Origin: Deltaproteobacteria bacterium
GTDB lineage: Bacteria; Myxococcota; Kuafuiibacteriia; Kuafuiibacteriales; Kuafuiibacteriaceae
Assembly (NCBI GenBank): GCA_040218735.1
Contig: JAVJQW010000042.1
Span: 256,001 to 320,000 of the forward strand
Length of the DNA stretch: 64,000 bases
Reading direction: 5' to 3'
The notes under the pieces were generated by a model. That model was not told the origin of the DNA and did no database searches. It saw only the letters and a program-made list of their open reading frames with translations. Below, piece after piece: positions 27,704 to 37,046 of this stretch. The position numbers and the translations under genes were made by a program. How positions within the stretch are numbered: position 1 is the first letter of the stretch; every line of letters begins with the position of its first letter.

Positions 27704-28663
27704 ATGGGACTCGACTTCGTCTACGTGATGGACCCGATCGAGCGCATCGACATCGATGCGGACTCGACCTTCGTGCTGATGCTCGAAGCGCAAAAACGCG
27801 GGCACCGCGTGCTGTACGGGCAGATGAACCAGCTCGCGCTGAGGGGCGGGGATCCGGTCATGTCGGTGCAGCCGGCCACGCTGCAGCGCAAGCGCGGGGA
27901 CCACGTGGCGCTGGGCGAGCGGGAGACGGTGCGCCTCTCGCAGTGCGACGCGGTGTTCATGCGGAAGGACCCGCCGTTCGACGTGGACTTCCTCCTCGCG
28001 ACGCTCCTCCTGGATCGGGTCGACCACGATCGCGTGGTGATGGTGAACCGGCCGCAGACGCTACGGGACTTCAACGAGAAGCTCGCGGCGCTCTACTGGC
28101 CCGAGCTGATGCCGCCCACGATGATCAGCGCCGACCGCGCCGAGATCCGCGCCTTCATCGCCGAGCACGGGCGCGCCGTGGTGAAGCCGCTCTCCGGAGC
28201 GGGCGGGGCGGGGGTCCTGCTGCTCGAACACGGAGACCGGAACATCGGTTCGGTGCTCGACCTGTTGACCGTGGAGGGCCGGCGCCTGATCGAGGTCCAA
28301 GGGTTCATCGAGGCGGTGCAGGAGGGGGACAAGCGCGTCATCCTGCTGGAGGGCGAGCCGATCGGCGCCGTGAACCGAGTCCCGCAGAAGGGTGACCTCC
28401 GGGCGAACATGCACGTCGGCGGGTCGGCTCAGCCGACCGAATTGACGGATCGGGACCGAGAAATCGCTGCGGCGCTCGCGCCGGAAATGAAAAAGCGCGG
28501 GCTGGTGTTCGTCGGCATAGACGTCATCGGTGGGTATCTCACCGAGGTGAATGTCACGAGCCCGACGGGTCTCCAGGAGATCGATCGCTTCGATGGCGTG
28601 TGCCTCGAGGGTCAGATCATCGATTGGGTCGAGGCCAGGCACGCGGAGCTTCGCAAGGCCTAG
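27704..28663 (+). CDS. gshB: Glutathione synthetase
   Basis: VMDPIERI...DST, MRKDPPFD, NEKL, GDKRV, RANMHVGG, FVGIDVIGGYLTEVNVTSPTG. Confidence 0.95.
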   Translation: MGLDFVYVMDPIERIDIDADSTFVLMLEAQKRGHRVLYGQMNQLALRGGDPVMSVQPATLQRKRGDHVALGERETVRLSQCDAVFMRKDPPFDVDFLLATLLLDRVDHDRVVMVNRPQTLRDFNEKLAALYWPELMPPTMISADRAEIRAFIAEHGRAVVKPLSGAGGAGVLLLEHGDRNIGSVLDLLTVEGRRLIEVQGFIEAVQEGDKRVILLEGEPIGAVNRVPQKGDLRANMHVGGSAQPTELTDRDREIAAALAPEMKKRGLVFVGIDVIGGYLTEVNVTSPTGLQEIDRFDGVCLEGQIIDWVEARHAELRKA

Positions 28664-28727
28664 ACGCTTCGAACCACGTTCCTGACTCGCCGGGCGACGA
28701 ACTCATTGTCGCTTAGGAGGAGTCCCC

Positions 28728-30188
28728 ATGGAACGTATCGACCACAGGGTACCCGGCTTCGCGCTCGTCGCCGTCGTACTCACCACCCTGTTCTCTTGCG
28801 GATCCGCGTTCGAGGCCGAGCGCGCAGAAGCGGTGCCGGAGCTGCAGTCCGCCGTCACCCCCGCCGTGGGCGGCGGGACGCAGGGCCTCACGGCGATCGC
28901 GGACGTGTCCGAGCGCGCGGTCCGCAGCGTGGTCAACATCTCGACCACGAAGAAGGCCTCGGCGCCGCGCGCGAGCCCGTACTCCCAGGACCCGTTCTTC
29001 CAGCACTTCTTCCGTCAGCACCCGCGTCGCCAGATGCCGCAGGAGCGCCTCGAGCGCAGCCGTGGCTCGGGGGTGATCGTGCAGGCCGACGGCGTCGTGC
29101 TCACCAACAACCACGTGGTCGATGGCGCCGACGAGGTCGTCGTGACGCTGCACGACGGCCGTGAGGTCGAGGCGGAGATCGCGGGGACGGACCCGGCGAG
29201 CGACCTGGCGGTGCTTCGGCTGAAGGACGCGCCCAACGATCTGCAGGCGCTGGGTTTCGGTGACTCGGACGCGCTGCGGCTCGGTGAGGTGGTGGTTGCG
29301 ATCGGCAACCCGTTCGGCGTGGGTCAGACGGTGACGATGGGGATCGTTTCGGCGAAGGGTCGAGCGAATGTCGGAATCGTCGATTACGAAGATTTCATTC
29401 AGACCGACGCTGCGATCAATCCCGGAAACTCGGGCGGAGCTCTGCTGAATCTGAAGGGTGAGTTGGTGGGTATCAACACCGCCATTCTCAGCCGTAGCGG
29501 TGGGTACCAGGGCATTGGTTTTGCCGTGCCGTCGACGATGGCGCAGTCCATCATGTCCGACCTGCTCGACGACGGTAAGGTCGTGCGCGGGTTCCTCGGG
29601 GTGATGATTCAGGATCTCACGCCGGCTTTGGCGCGAGCGATGAAGGTCGAGGGCACGGCGGGGGTGTTGATCTCCGATGTCGTCGACGGCTCGCCGGCCG
29701 ATCGCGCGGGGCTCGAGCCCGGCGACGTGGTCGAGAAGATCGACGGCCGGCCGGTGCAGTCGGCGGCGAAGCTGCGGAACCTCGTCGCGTCGGTCGGCGC
29801 GGGGCGCACGGTGGCGATCGAGCTCAAACGGAACGGCGACGCGAAGAAGATCGACGTCGAGCTCGAGGAGAAGGCGGGCGGACAGCGCGCCTCGGCGCGA
29901 GGTGGCGACGCCTCGGACGGTATCGCGGTCGAGCCGCTCTCCGACATGCTGCGCTCCCGGTACGAGATCGACCGGCGCGTCGAGGAAGGCGTCGTCGTGA
30001 CCGCCGTGAAGCCGGGGAGCTGGGCCGCCCGCGCCGGACTCCGCCCGGGCGACGTGATCCTCGGGATCGACCAGTCCCGGATCGAGGATCCGCAGGACCT
30101 CGCGGATGCGCTGAAGGAGGCTAAGGACGAGTTCCTAGTACGCGTGCATCGCCGTGGCGGCTCGCTGTTCGTCGTCGCGAAAAAGTAG
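28728..30188 (+). CDS. DegP/DegQ (HtrA) serine endoprotease with two PDZ domains
   Basis: TNNHV, SDLAV, QTDAAINPGNSGG, two PDZ domains; RBS AGGAGG. Confidence 0.95.
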   Translation: MERIDHRVPGFALVAVVLTTLFSCGSAFEAERAEAVPELQSAVTPAVGGGTQGLTAIADVSERAVRSVVNISTTKKASAPRASPYSQDPFFQHFFRQHPRRQMPQERLERSRGSGVIVQADGVVLTNNHVVDGADEVVVTLHDGREVEAEIAGTDPASDLAVLRLKDAPNDLQALGFGDSDALRLGEVVVAIGNPFGVGQTVTMGIVSAKGRANVGIVDYEDFIQTDAAINPGNSGGALLNLKGELVGINTAILSRSGGYQGIGFAVPSTMAQSIMSDLLDDGKVVRGFLGVMIQDLTPALARAMKVEGTAGVLISDVVDGSPADRAGLEPGDVVEKIDGRPVQSAAKLRNLVASVGAGRTVAIELKRNGDAKKIDVELEEKAGGQRASARGGDASDGIAVEPLSDMLRSRYEIDRRVEEGVVVTAVKPGSWAARAGLRPGDVILGIDQSRIEDPQDLADALKEAKDEFLVRVHRRGGSLFVVAKK

Positions 30189-30404
30189 GCTGCGACGCGC
30201 TTGACGCGGGCGGAGCCGCGTCTACCCGATCGAGCGAACATCACGTGCGGGTGGAGAGTCGCCATGGTGGGACACGGTGCAACCGAGGCCGCGCGTGCCG
30301 CGGTCCCCGACATTTCCACGACGACTCGCGCCGACCCTCCGTCGCTGTCTCACCGAGCTGGAGGGGCGTGTGCGAGCGACGCACAAACCGAAGGAGGAGA
30401 GTCC

Positions 30405-31364
30405 ATGTCCAGTTTGAATACTTCACTCGCCCGCTCGACCGGGCGCCCTCGTACGCCGTTCGTCCCGGCGCGGGTCGAGACTCGGATGCGTCTCGACCCG
30501 CTCGCGATCCCCATGACGCTGCCCCTCGAGAGCACACTCGATCTTCTGTTCGAAGAAGAGGCCGACTGGGCGCTCGTCGTGAACGAGACCGAGGAGCTCG
30601 TGGGCGTCGTTGCCAGGTCGCAGGTGGAGGATGCGCTGGGGCGCGAGCCCGACGTGACGGAAGAGCTCGATGGCTACTTCGTCGAGTCGGTGTTCGTCGC
30701 CGCTGATGTGATGCAACCCTACGTTCGTGTGCTGCGGCCGTGGATGACGGCATCCGAGGCGCTCGCCCTGATGGAGGCGGAGGGGCTGGAGTTCGCACCC
30801 GTCGTCATCGAGGGTGACACTCGGGCCGCAGGAGCGGTGCACCGCTCAGACTTGGAGGACATCGTCGCGGCGTCCTCGGCCACGTGGCGATCCGAACCCC
30901 ATGGGACCTACCGGGACGGCTTCGGGATCGTGGACGAAGGCATCGCGGATGACCGGCGCGATCTCGTCCGCCGGGCGTCGAGGATCGCGGACGCTTGGCT
31001 CGGAGCGACGGCGGTGGCGGCCGATGCGCCGGGAGCCGTGACATTCGCGGCCGTGATGCTCCCGGTACTTTCTGAGTTGTACGACAAGCTCGTCGAGCAC
31101 TACTCGGATCTTCAGGAGCATGCGCTCGAGGAGATCGAGGAGGCGAGCCCGTCGCTGTCGGCGAGGATCGACGACCTGCGGCGTCGCCAGGGCGATGCGC
31201 TCGCGCATCTGTCTGGGCTCATGGGGGCGATTCGGCGGGAGCGACGCCCGAGGCAGGATCGCCTGCAGTCGATCCAGGCGCACCTCGAGGTGATCGACCG
31301 GATCGAGACGGACGAGAACGAGCTGTTCTACGTCGCGCACTACGTCGACGTTGGCGAGGTTTAG
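30405..31364 (+). CDS. CBS-pair protein with C-terminal degenerate hemerythrin-like helical bundle
   Basis: RBS AGGAGG; ALVVNETEELVGVV and AADVMQP...APVV...GAVHRSDL CBS patterns; C-terminal ETDENELFY..HYVDVG. Confidence 0.6.
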   Translation: MSSLNTSLARSTGRPRTPFVPARVETRMRLDPLAIPMTLPLESTLDLLFEEEADWALVVNETEELVGVVARSQVEDALGREPDVTEELDGYFVESVFVAADVMQPYVRVLRPWMTASEALALMEAEGLEFAPVVIEGDTRAAGAVHRSDLEDIVAASSATWRSEPHGTYRDGFGIVDEGIADDRRDLVRRASRIADAWLGATAVAADAPGAVTFAAVMLPVLSELYDKLVEHYSDLQEHALEEIEEASPSLSARIDDLRRRQGDALAHLSGLMGAIRRERRPRQDRLQSIQAHLEVIDRIETDENELFYVAHYVDVGEV

Positions 31365-31380
31365 TGCTCAACTCCGCCGG

Positions 31381-31908
31381 ATGAAGCTCCTCAAGAAGCT
31401 CCTCCTCGCCATCGTGGTCCTCGTGCTGTTGCTCGTGGGGAGCGCGTTCCTGCTCCCTGCGAAGTACGGGGTGGAGCGCAGCGTAGAGATCGCGGCGTCG
31501 CCCGAGAAGGTGTTCGACCACGTGAACCACCTCCAGAAGAACGAGGCGTGGTCGCCCTGGGCCGCCGCCGACCCGTCGATCAAGACGACGTACTCCAGCT
31601 CCGTCGCGAAGGGCGTCGGCGCTTGGTACTCGTGGACGAGCGAGAACTCGGGCGACGGCAAACTCACCATCGAGGTGAGCGAGCCGCCGAAGCGCATCGT
31701 GAACGAGCTCGACTTCATGGAGAACGGGAAAGGCAAGGGCTACTGGACCTTCGAGGCCACCAAGGCGGGCACGATCGCGACGTGGCGCATGGAGGGCGAC
31801 GCCGGTAACGACCCGGTGGGCCGCTGGTTCGGCTTCTTCATCGATGGGTTCGTGGGTCCGATGTTCGAGGACGGCCTCGCGCGCCTGAAGAAGGTCAGCG
31901 AGAGTTAG
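31381..31908 (+). CDS. SRPBCC (polyketide cyclase/dehydrase-like) family protein
   Basis: N-terminal anchor, VERSVEIAASPEKVF, WSPW, GVGAWYSW, FEDGLARLK. Confidence 0.85.
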   Translation: MKLLKKLLLAIVVLVLLLVGSAFLLPAKYGVERSVEIAASPEKVFDHVNHLQKNEAWSPWAAADPSIKTTYSSSVAKGVGAWYSWTSENSGDGKLTIEVSEPPKRIVNELDFMENGKGKGYWTFEATKAGTIATWRMEGDAGNDPVGRWFGFFIDGFVGPMFEDGLARLKKVSES

Positions 31909-32477
31909 TCACCAGGGGATCGTGGCGCCGTCCCAGGCGACGAAGCGTCCGTTGTCCTTGGGACCGACGCGGTCGACGATGTTCAGGAACTGCCGCGCGG
32001 CACGTTCTACTGAAAAGAGGCTTTCGACGCGCGGTAGGCGTACCAGCCGCCGAGGCGGTCATCGGTGATGCTGCCGACGCGCGCGGAGACGTTGGCGAGG
32101 ACCGCGCGTTCGTCGTGTTGGAGGAAACGCGCGAAGTGTTTGGCGACGAGCAGGGGGCCCGAGGCGTTCACCGCGAACGCGCGCGCGAGGTTCTCGGGGG
32201 CGACCTCCGTGAGGCGGCGCTCGGGGCCGAAGCCGTCGCCGTGCAGGACGCCGGCGACGTTCATCAGGAGGTGCAGGCGCTCGGTGTGTTGGGCGACGGC
32301 CGCGGCGGCGGCTTCGATCGAGGCCTCGTCGGTGACGTCGAGCGGGATCGTGGGGACGTCGAGGTCGACACCCGCGGGGTCGCGGCAGGTTGCGATGACC
32401 TGAACGCCGCGCGCGTGGAGCTGGCGTACGAGCTCGCGGCCGAGGCCGCGGCTCGCGCCTTGGATGAGCGCCCACAT
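31909..32477 (-). pseudogene. CsgA/C-factor-like short-chain dehydrogenase with internal deletion and frameshift
   Basis: QGASRGLG, NVAG, SARVGSI.D..LGGWYAYRASKA then a premature stop at 32007. The family C-terminus LFSVERAARQ...GRFVAWDGATIPW* follows immediately in another frame. Confidence 0.75.
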
Positions 32478-32506
32478 CGCGGACCCGAACAAAGCAGGGG
32501 CGCGGA

Positions 32507-33295
32507 TCACTCCGGGAGAATCGTGAGCTTCAGCTCGACGAAGCGGTCGTCGCGCCGGAGGAGGACGTCGAAGTGGTTCGTCGCGTCGTCGCGCCACTTC
32601 TTCTGGAGGTGTGCGTAGGACGCGAGCGCCTGGTCTACGTTGGGGATGGGGAGGTCGTCGATGCAGACGATGATGTCGCCGTGTTCGAGCCCTGCGCGTT
32701 CGTACGCGCTGTCCGGTCGAAAGCCGAGGATCTTGAACCCGATGGGTCGCTGGTCCTCGAACGCGGGGACGATTCGGGTCCGACACGCGACGCCGTGCAC
32801 CGACGACGTCGGCATTCGGCGCATCGTTCGGGAGAGCGTCGCCGACCCTCGGTACGGACACGCGGGCAGGACGAGCACGTTGAGTTTCAGGTCGACGTAA
32901 CACCCGCGTCTCCGCACGAGCATCTCCAACCGATTCGGTCCGCCCTTGCGCCAGCGCCTCGTCGTGCGGTGCCAGGTTCGTTGGGCGCTGTCGACGTCGC
33001 CGACCTTCTCTCCGTCGATGCTGATCAGGATGTCGCCGTTCTCGAACCCATAGCGCGCCGGGAGAGACTCGGGGGGGAGGTCGATGAGTTTGAGGCCCAC
33101 CGCGTGGCCGCGTTCGTACACCGGCGCGAGGGTGTGGGCCCACCACGGCGCGTCTTCGATGCTCGCGTGCCGGACCGTGAGGTCGATCGTCGTCGCCACG
33201 CCGGGCGACGTTGCGCAGTACGGCGGAGGTGGCTCGGGTGTGGTGGGCTCGAAGAGGGCGAGCACGGGGGTGAGCAGGAGCTCCCAGGCGATCAT
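32507..33295 (-). CDS. Protein with two GspC-type PDZ domains
   Basis: APVYERGHAVGLKL..PESLPARYGFENGDIL and VPAFEDQRPIGFKI..RPDSAYERAGLEHGDII repeats. Confidence 0.65.
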   Translation of the reverse strand: MIAWELLLTPVLALFEPTTPEPPPPYCATSPGVATTIDLTVRHASIEDAPWWAHTLAPVYERGHAVGLKLIDLPPESLPARYGFENGDILISIDGEKVGDVDSAQRTWHRTTRRWRKGGPNRLEMLVRRRGCYVDLKLNVLVLPACPYRGSATLSRTMRRMPTSSVHGVACRTRIVPAFEDQRPIGFKILGFRPDSAYERAGLEHGDIIVCIDDLPIPNVDQALASYAHLQKKWRDDATNHFDVLLRRDDRFVELKLTILPE

Positions 33296-33397
33296 GCCGT
33301 CTGCGCATCGCAAGGCACGTGCCGCGCGTGCTTTCGCATCGATCGACGCGGCGCCGCGACACGCTGTCACGAACGCGTCGTATCGGCTGCCATCGCG

Positions 33398-34153
33398 TCA
33401 GACGGGTCGCGCCAGGTACACCGTCGTGTCGTAGACGATCGTCACGCGTCCGTCGTCTGCGTGGGCGTCGAACAGCGCATCGATCCCCGCCTGCATCGAC
33501 TTGTACTTCGGGTGGTCCGCCTTCGGGATGTACGAGCAGGACTGGATGCGTTGCCGCAGGCCGTCGCGGTCGAGGTGCTGAAGGTTCTCGAACAGCGCGG
33601 GCTCGGGCGGCGGTGCGCCGAAGACCGTCGTCATCGCGTCGGGGGATTGGTAGCTGGCCTTCACCGCGAGGTAGTCGATGCCCCACGCCACGAGGAAGGC
33701 CTCGTACGCGCGGAGGAACGCGGTGTCCTCCAGGCGGCGTTCGTTCCAGAACAGCGCGACGTGTCCGCCGGGGCGGAGGATGCGTCTCACTTCCTTCGCG
33801 AAGCCGTCCGCGTCGAACCAGTGGAACGCCTGCGCCGCCGCGACGAGGGACGCGGATGCGTCGTCGAGGGTCGTCGCCTCGGCGCGCGCCTCCACGATCC
33901 GAGCGCGGTCACCGAAACGCTCGCGTGCGAGCGCGACCATCGCGGCGTTGGGTTCGACGAGCGTCGTCGGGTGCCCCGACTCCACGAACCGGATCGTCGA
34001 CAGGCCGGTCCCCGCGCCGACGTCGACCACCGGGTCTACGACCGCGAGCCCGGCCTTGGAGATCACGTGGTCGATCGCCGCGTCCGGGTAGCGAGGACGC
34101 GCGCGGTCGTAGTCGTCGGCGCGGTCGGAGAAGCGGGTGGTGACGTCGGCCAT
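33398..34153 (-). CDS. Class I SAM-dependent methyltransferase
   Basis: RFSDRADDYDRARPRYP, VDVGAGTG, AAQAFHWF, LRPGG. Confidence 0.9.
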   Translation of the reverse strand: MADVTTRFSDRADDYDRARPRYPDAAIDHVISKAGLAVVDPVVDVGAGTGLSTIRFVESGHPTTLVEPNAAMVALARERFGDRARIVEARAEATTLDDASASLVAAAQAFHWFDADGFAKEVRRILRPGGHVALFWNERRLEDTAFLRAYEAFLVAWGIDYLAVKASYQSPDAMTTVFGAPPPEPALFENLQHLDRDGLRQRIQSCSYIPKADHPKYKSMQAGIDALFDAHADDGRVTIVYDTTVYLARPV

Positions 34154-34181
34154 GGCGGCGGCGACTCTAACCACGGGAGCT

Positions 34182-34643
34182 TCAGCCCGGCCACTGAAGG
34201 ATCATCGCTTCGCGAAAGGGCGTCGCGCGCCACCGACCGCGTAGGCCCCTAAGGATCTCGAGCGCCTCGCGGAGCATCGTCGGCGTGACCCACGCCGAGA
34301 GCTCAGCGTCTTGCGCAGCCGCCCCCGCAGCGAGCCGCGCGAAGATCGTCTCCGCGTCGGCCGTCGTCTTCAGCGTGCCCTGAACCTGCGCCACGACGTT
34401 CTCGATCGTCGCCATCCCCTCGAAGACCGTCTCACGATCGTTGAGCACGGCGAGCGGGGCGCCCGCGGCGAGGCGTCCGTAGAATCCGTCGCCGCGCCGC
34501 CCCGCCGACTCCACCGCGTAGTGCACGAAGTCGTGCAGGAGGAACGAGCGCGTCTCACACTCGACGCGCTCGTCGCGCGCTCCGGGTCCGACGACCCGCA
34601 GCGTGTGCGTCGCGTCGTCGATGCGCTGGAAGTGGAGCTCCAT
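34182..34643 (-). CDS. Hypothetical protein with HDxxHYAVE motif
   Basis: C-terminal part of track ORF 34182..35090; start overlaps the upstream stop. LLHDFVHYAVES...GFYG. Confidence 0.6.
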   Translation of the reverse strand: MELHFQRIDDATHTLRVVGPGARDERVECETRSFLLHDFVHYAVESAGRRGDGFYGRLAAGAPLAVLNDRETVFEGMATIENVVAQVQGTLKTTADAETIFARLAAGAAAQDAELSAWVTPTMLREALEILRGLRGRWRATPFREAMILQWPG

Positions 34644-35728
34644 CAGGCCACCGGCTGCATCGTCGCCAAGTCGAGCAGCTCGTAGCGCGGGGCGCCGCCG
34701 TACCCCATGCCGCCGTCGACGAACACCATCGCGGCTTCGTCTTCGCCCACCGCTTCGACCGTTCCGAAGTCGTAGGTGCGTTGCGGGATGCGGAGCACGC
34801 GGAGGGGGCCGTCGATCGCTTCGCCGCCGACGCCCAGCAACGCGCGACACTTTCGGTCGCGGATGTGTCCCACGATCTGGAGCACGCCGCGCGGGAGCTG
34901 CATCGGATCGAAGCGGCGGCGGTACGGACCCGAGAACCAGCGTGTGTCCCCGTGCGGCCACGCGGGGCGGTGGTAGAGGACGCCGCCCCCTTCGCCGTCC
35001 GTCGCGTTGCCGGGGTGGTGGAGGGCGTCGATCACGAGCGGGCCGTCCGTCCACGCGTCGACCGCGGCGTCGAGGCGTTCGTCGAGCCACTCTGCAATCG
35101 AGCTTGCATCGTCGCCCTCGACGTCGTCCCGCGTGACGCCCGCGTGCACGATCAGCTTCGACCCGACCGCGCGCGCCATCCGCATTCGACGAGACCGGAG
35201 CAGGTGCGTTACGAGCTCGCGCTGCGCGACCGTGAACGCCGAGAAGTCCCGCGCCGCGACCTCCGAGCTCGGGAGCTCCGGATACGCCGCGAGGAACGCT
35301 GCCTCCGCTTCGGCGTCACCGCTGCCGTACACCCGCGCCGCGCGGTTCTGCGCGGTCGCGAACCGTGTGTCGTCGAACGCGGCGAGCTCTCCCACGCGGC
35401 CGAGGTCGTGGTTGCCGGCGATGATCGTTGCGCGCGACGGGTCGTGCGCCGCGAGCCACCCGAGGAGCAGCAGGCCATCGCGCGCTGCGTCGCGGGCGCG
35501 GTCGAGCCCGCCGTAGTCGAAGTGATCCCCCACCGAGGTCAGGTGCACACCGTCCGCGAGGGTGCCGTCCGTGCCGATCAGCCCGTGTCGGTCGAGGATC
35601 TCGAAGAAGGTGCGGATCGGCGCCTGCGGGTCACCGATCACGACGTCACGCCGCACCGTGTCACACCGCCCCGTGAACGGGCCGCCGGCCACGGCGCGTT
35701 CGAGCGCCGCGTGTACGCGCTCCGTCAT
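34643..35728 (-). CDS. Calcineurin-like metallophosphoesterase
   Basis: GDPQ (DxH variant), GDHFD, GNHD, HAG, QIVGH. Confidence 0.8.
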   Translation of the reverse strand: MTERVHAALERAVAGGPFTGRCDTVRRDVVIGDPQAPIRTFFEILDRHGLIGTDGTLADGVHLTSVGDHFDYGGLDRARDAARDGLLLLGWLAAHDPSRATIIAGNHDLGRVGELAAFDDTRFATAQNRAARVYGSGDAEAEAAFLAAYPELPSSEVAARDFSAFTVAQRELVTHLLRSRRMRMARAVGSKLIVHAGVTRDDVEGDDASSIAEWLDERLDAAVDAWTDGPLVIDALHHPGNATDGEGGGVLYHRPAWPHGDTRWFSGPYRRRFDPMQLPRGVLQIVGHIRDRKCRALLGVGGEAIDGPLRVLRIPQRTYDFGTVEAVGEDEAAMVFVDGGMGYGGAPRYELLDLATMQPVA

Positions 35729-35774
35729 CCTTCGACACTACACCCCAATCACAACTCGACGTATCCTCGCGCGA

Positions 35775-36494
35775 ATGCTCGACCCTCGCGACATGCTCAA
35801 CACCGCCTACAAGTACTTCCGCGGCCACCCCGAGGAGGTCGCTCGGCTCGTGAAGAGTGGCTTCGGGCTCCGGTTCGGCGTCCCGCTCGCGGCGTTCCGC
35901 TGGATGATCGAGCAGGTGGTCAACGACATCGACGGCCTCGACCCGCAGATCGAAGCCGTGCCTCCGGGCATCAAGCTCGGCGCGACGCTCGAGCGCATGG
36001 AGACGCGCATTCGCGTTTCGATGATCCTCTACGTCACGCGCGTGCAGATCTCCTCCGACCAAGCGCGCGTGCACCTGCGCTTCGAAGACGTCGCGCTCAA
36101 GGTGCTCAGTGAGAAGAAGACCCTCGTGTCGGCGCTGATCAACTCGGGCGCGCTCGACATCGGACAGATCGGCAACCTCGTCCGCGAGCTGCCGCAGCGC
36201 CCGCCGGTGATCGTCGAGGCGGGCAACGATCGCATCGTCATCGACCTGATGCAGTCGCCGCGGTTCTCGGACAACAACATCGTCCGCCACCTCGCCGGCC
36301 TGATGTCCTCGCTCATCACCGTGCACGGCGTACAGACCGAGACCGAGCACCTCGACGTCGTGTTCCGCGCGCTCCCGCGCGGCGGAGGTGCGGCGGTCGA
36401 CGCGATCGAGAACCACTTCGTCGGGCCCGGCCTGCGTCGCGTCCGCTCGTTGCTCGGGCGCGATCAGCGGCAGCTCGCCGAATCGATCTTCTGA
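35775..36494 (+). CDS. Hypothetical protein
   Basis: High-GC3 frame from ATG 35775; TGATG coupling to the next gene. Confidence 0.65.
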   Translation: MLDPRDMLNTAYKYFRGHPEEVARLVKSGFGLRFGVPLAAFRWMIEQVVNDIDGLDPQIEAVPPGIKLGATLERMETRIRVSMILYVTRVQISSDQARVHLRFEDVALKVLSEKKTLVSALINSGALDIGQIGNLVRELPQRPPVIVEAGNDRIVIDLMQSPRFSDNNIVRHLAGLMSSLITVHGVQTETEHLDVVFRALPRGGGAAVDAIENHFVGPGLRRVRSLLGRDQRQLAESIF

Positions 36495-37045
36495 TGGCGT
36501 TCGTCGACCTGCAGAAGAACAAACTCGTCCTCAAGGTCGTGCTCGCCGGCCCGCCCGCCGTCGGGAAGACGGAGCGCCTCGAACAGATCGGCGCGGTGGG
36601 TGAGAACCATCGTTTCGGGTCGTCGCTCATGGGGCCGACGCAGATGGCGACGCTCCCGCTCACCGCGGAGCGCGACGGCCGGCCCGTGCAGATCGAAGTC
36701 TACGAGTGGCACGGCCCCGAGAAGGCGGACGTGCGCGCGAAGGGGCTTTTCGTCGGGCTCGACGGCATCGTGTACATCGCCGACGCGCGCGAGGATCGGT
36801 ACGTCGACTCCGTGCGGCAGTTCGAGTTCCTCGTGAAGGAGGCCGGCAAGTCGAAGGTGCAGCGCCTCCCCGGCCTGCTCGTGCTCGGCATGAAGGACGA
36901 GGGCGTCCTGCGGTTGTCGTCGCTCGAGAAGAAGCTGATGGGCCCGACCTGGAGTGACCGCGTCGAGACCGAGGTCGACGACGCCGAGCCGTTCATCGAG
37001 GCCTTGCGCGTGTTCGGCGAGGTGATGATGGCGCGGGCGCTCTGA
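36494..37045 (+). CDS. Divergent MglA-like small GTPase
   Basis: MAFVD...LKVVLAGPPAVGKT (cf. MglA KIVYYGPGLCGKT), GLDGIVYIADA. G3 and G4 motifs are atypical. Confidence 0.7.
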   Translation: MAFVDLQKNKLVLKVVLAGPPAVGKTERLEQIGAVGENHRFGSSLMGPTQMATLPLTAERDGRPVQIEVYEWHGPEKADVRAKGLFVGLDGIVYIADAREDRYVDSVRQFEFLVKEAGKSKVQRLPGLLVLGMKDEGVLRLSSLEKKLMGPTWSDRVETEVDDAEPFIEALRVFGEVMMARAL

Positions 37046-37046
37046 G

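Noticed and set aside
32007-33686. 559-aa ORF ending in an SDR
   Set aside because: The upstream part is an Arg-rich off-frame read across two real genes. The SDR begins at ATG 32477.
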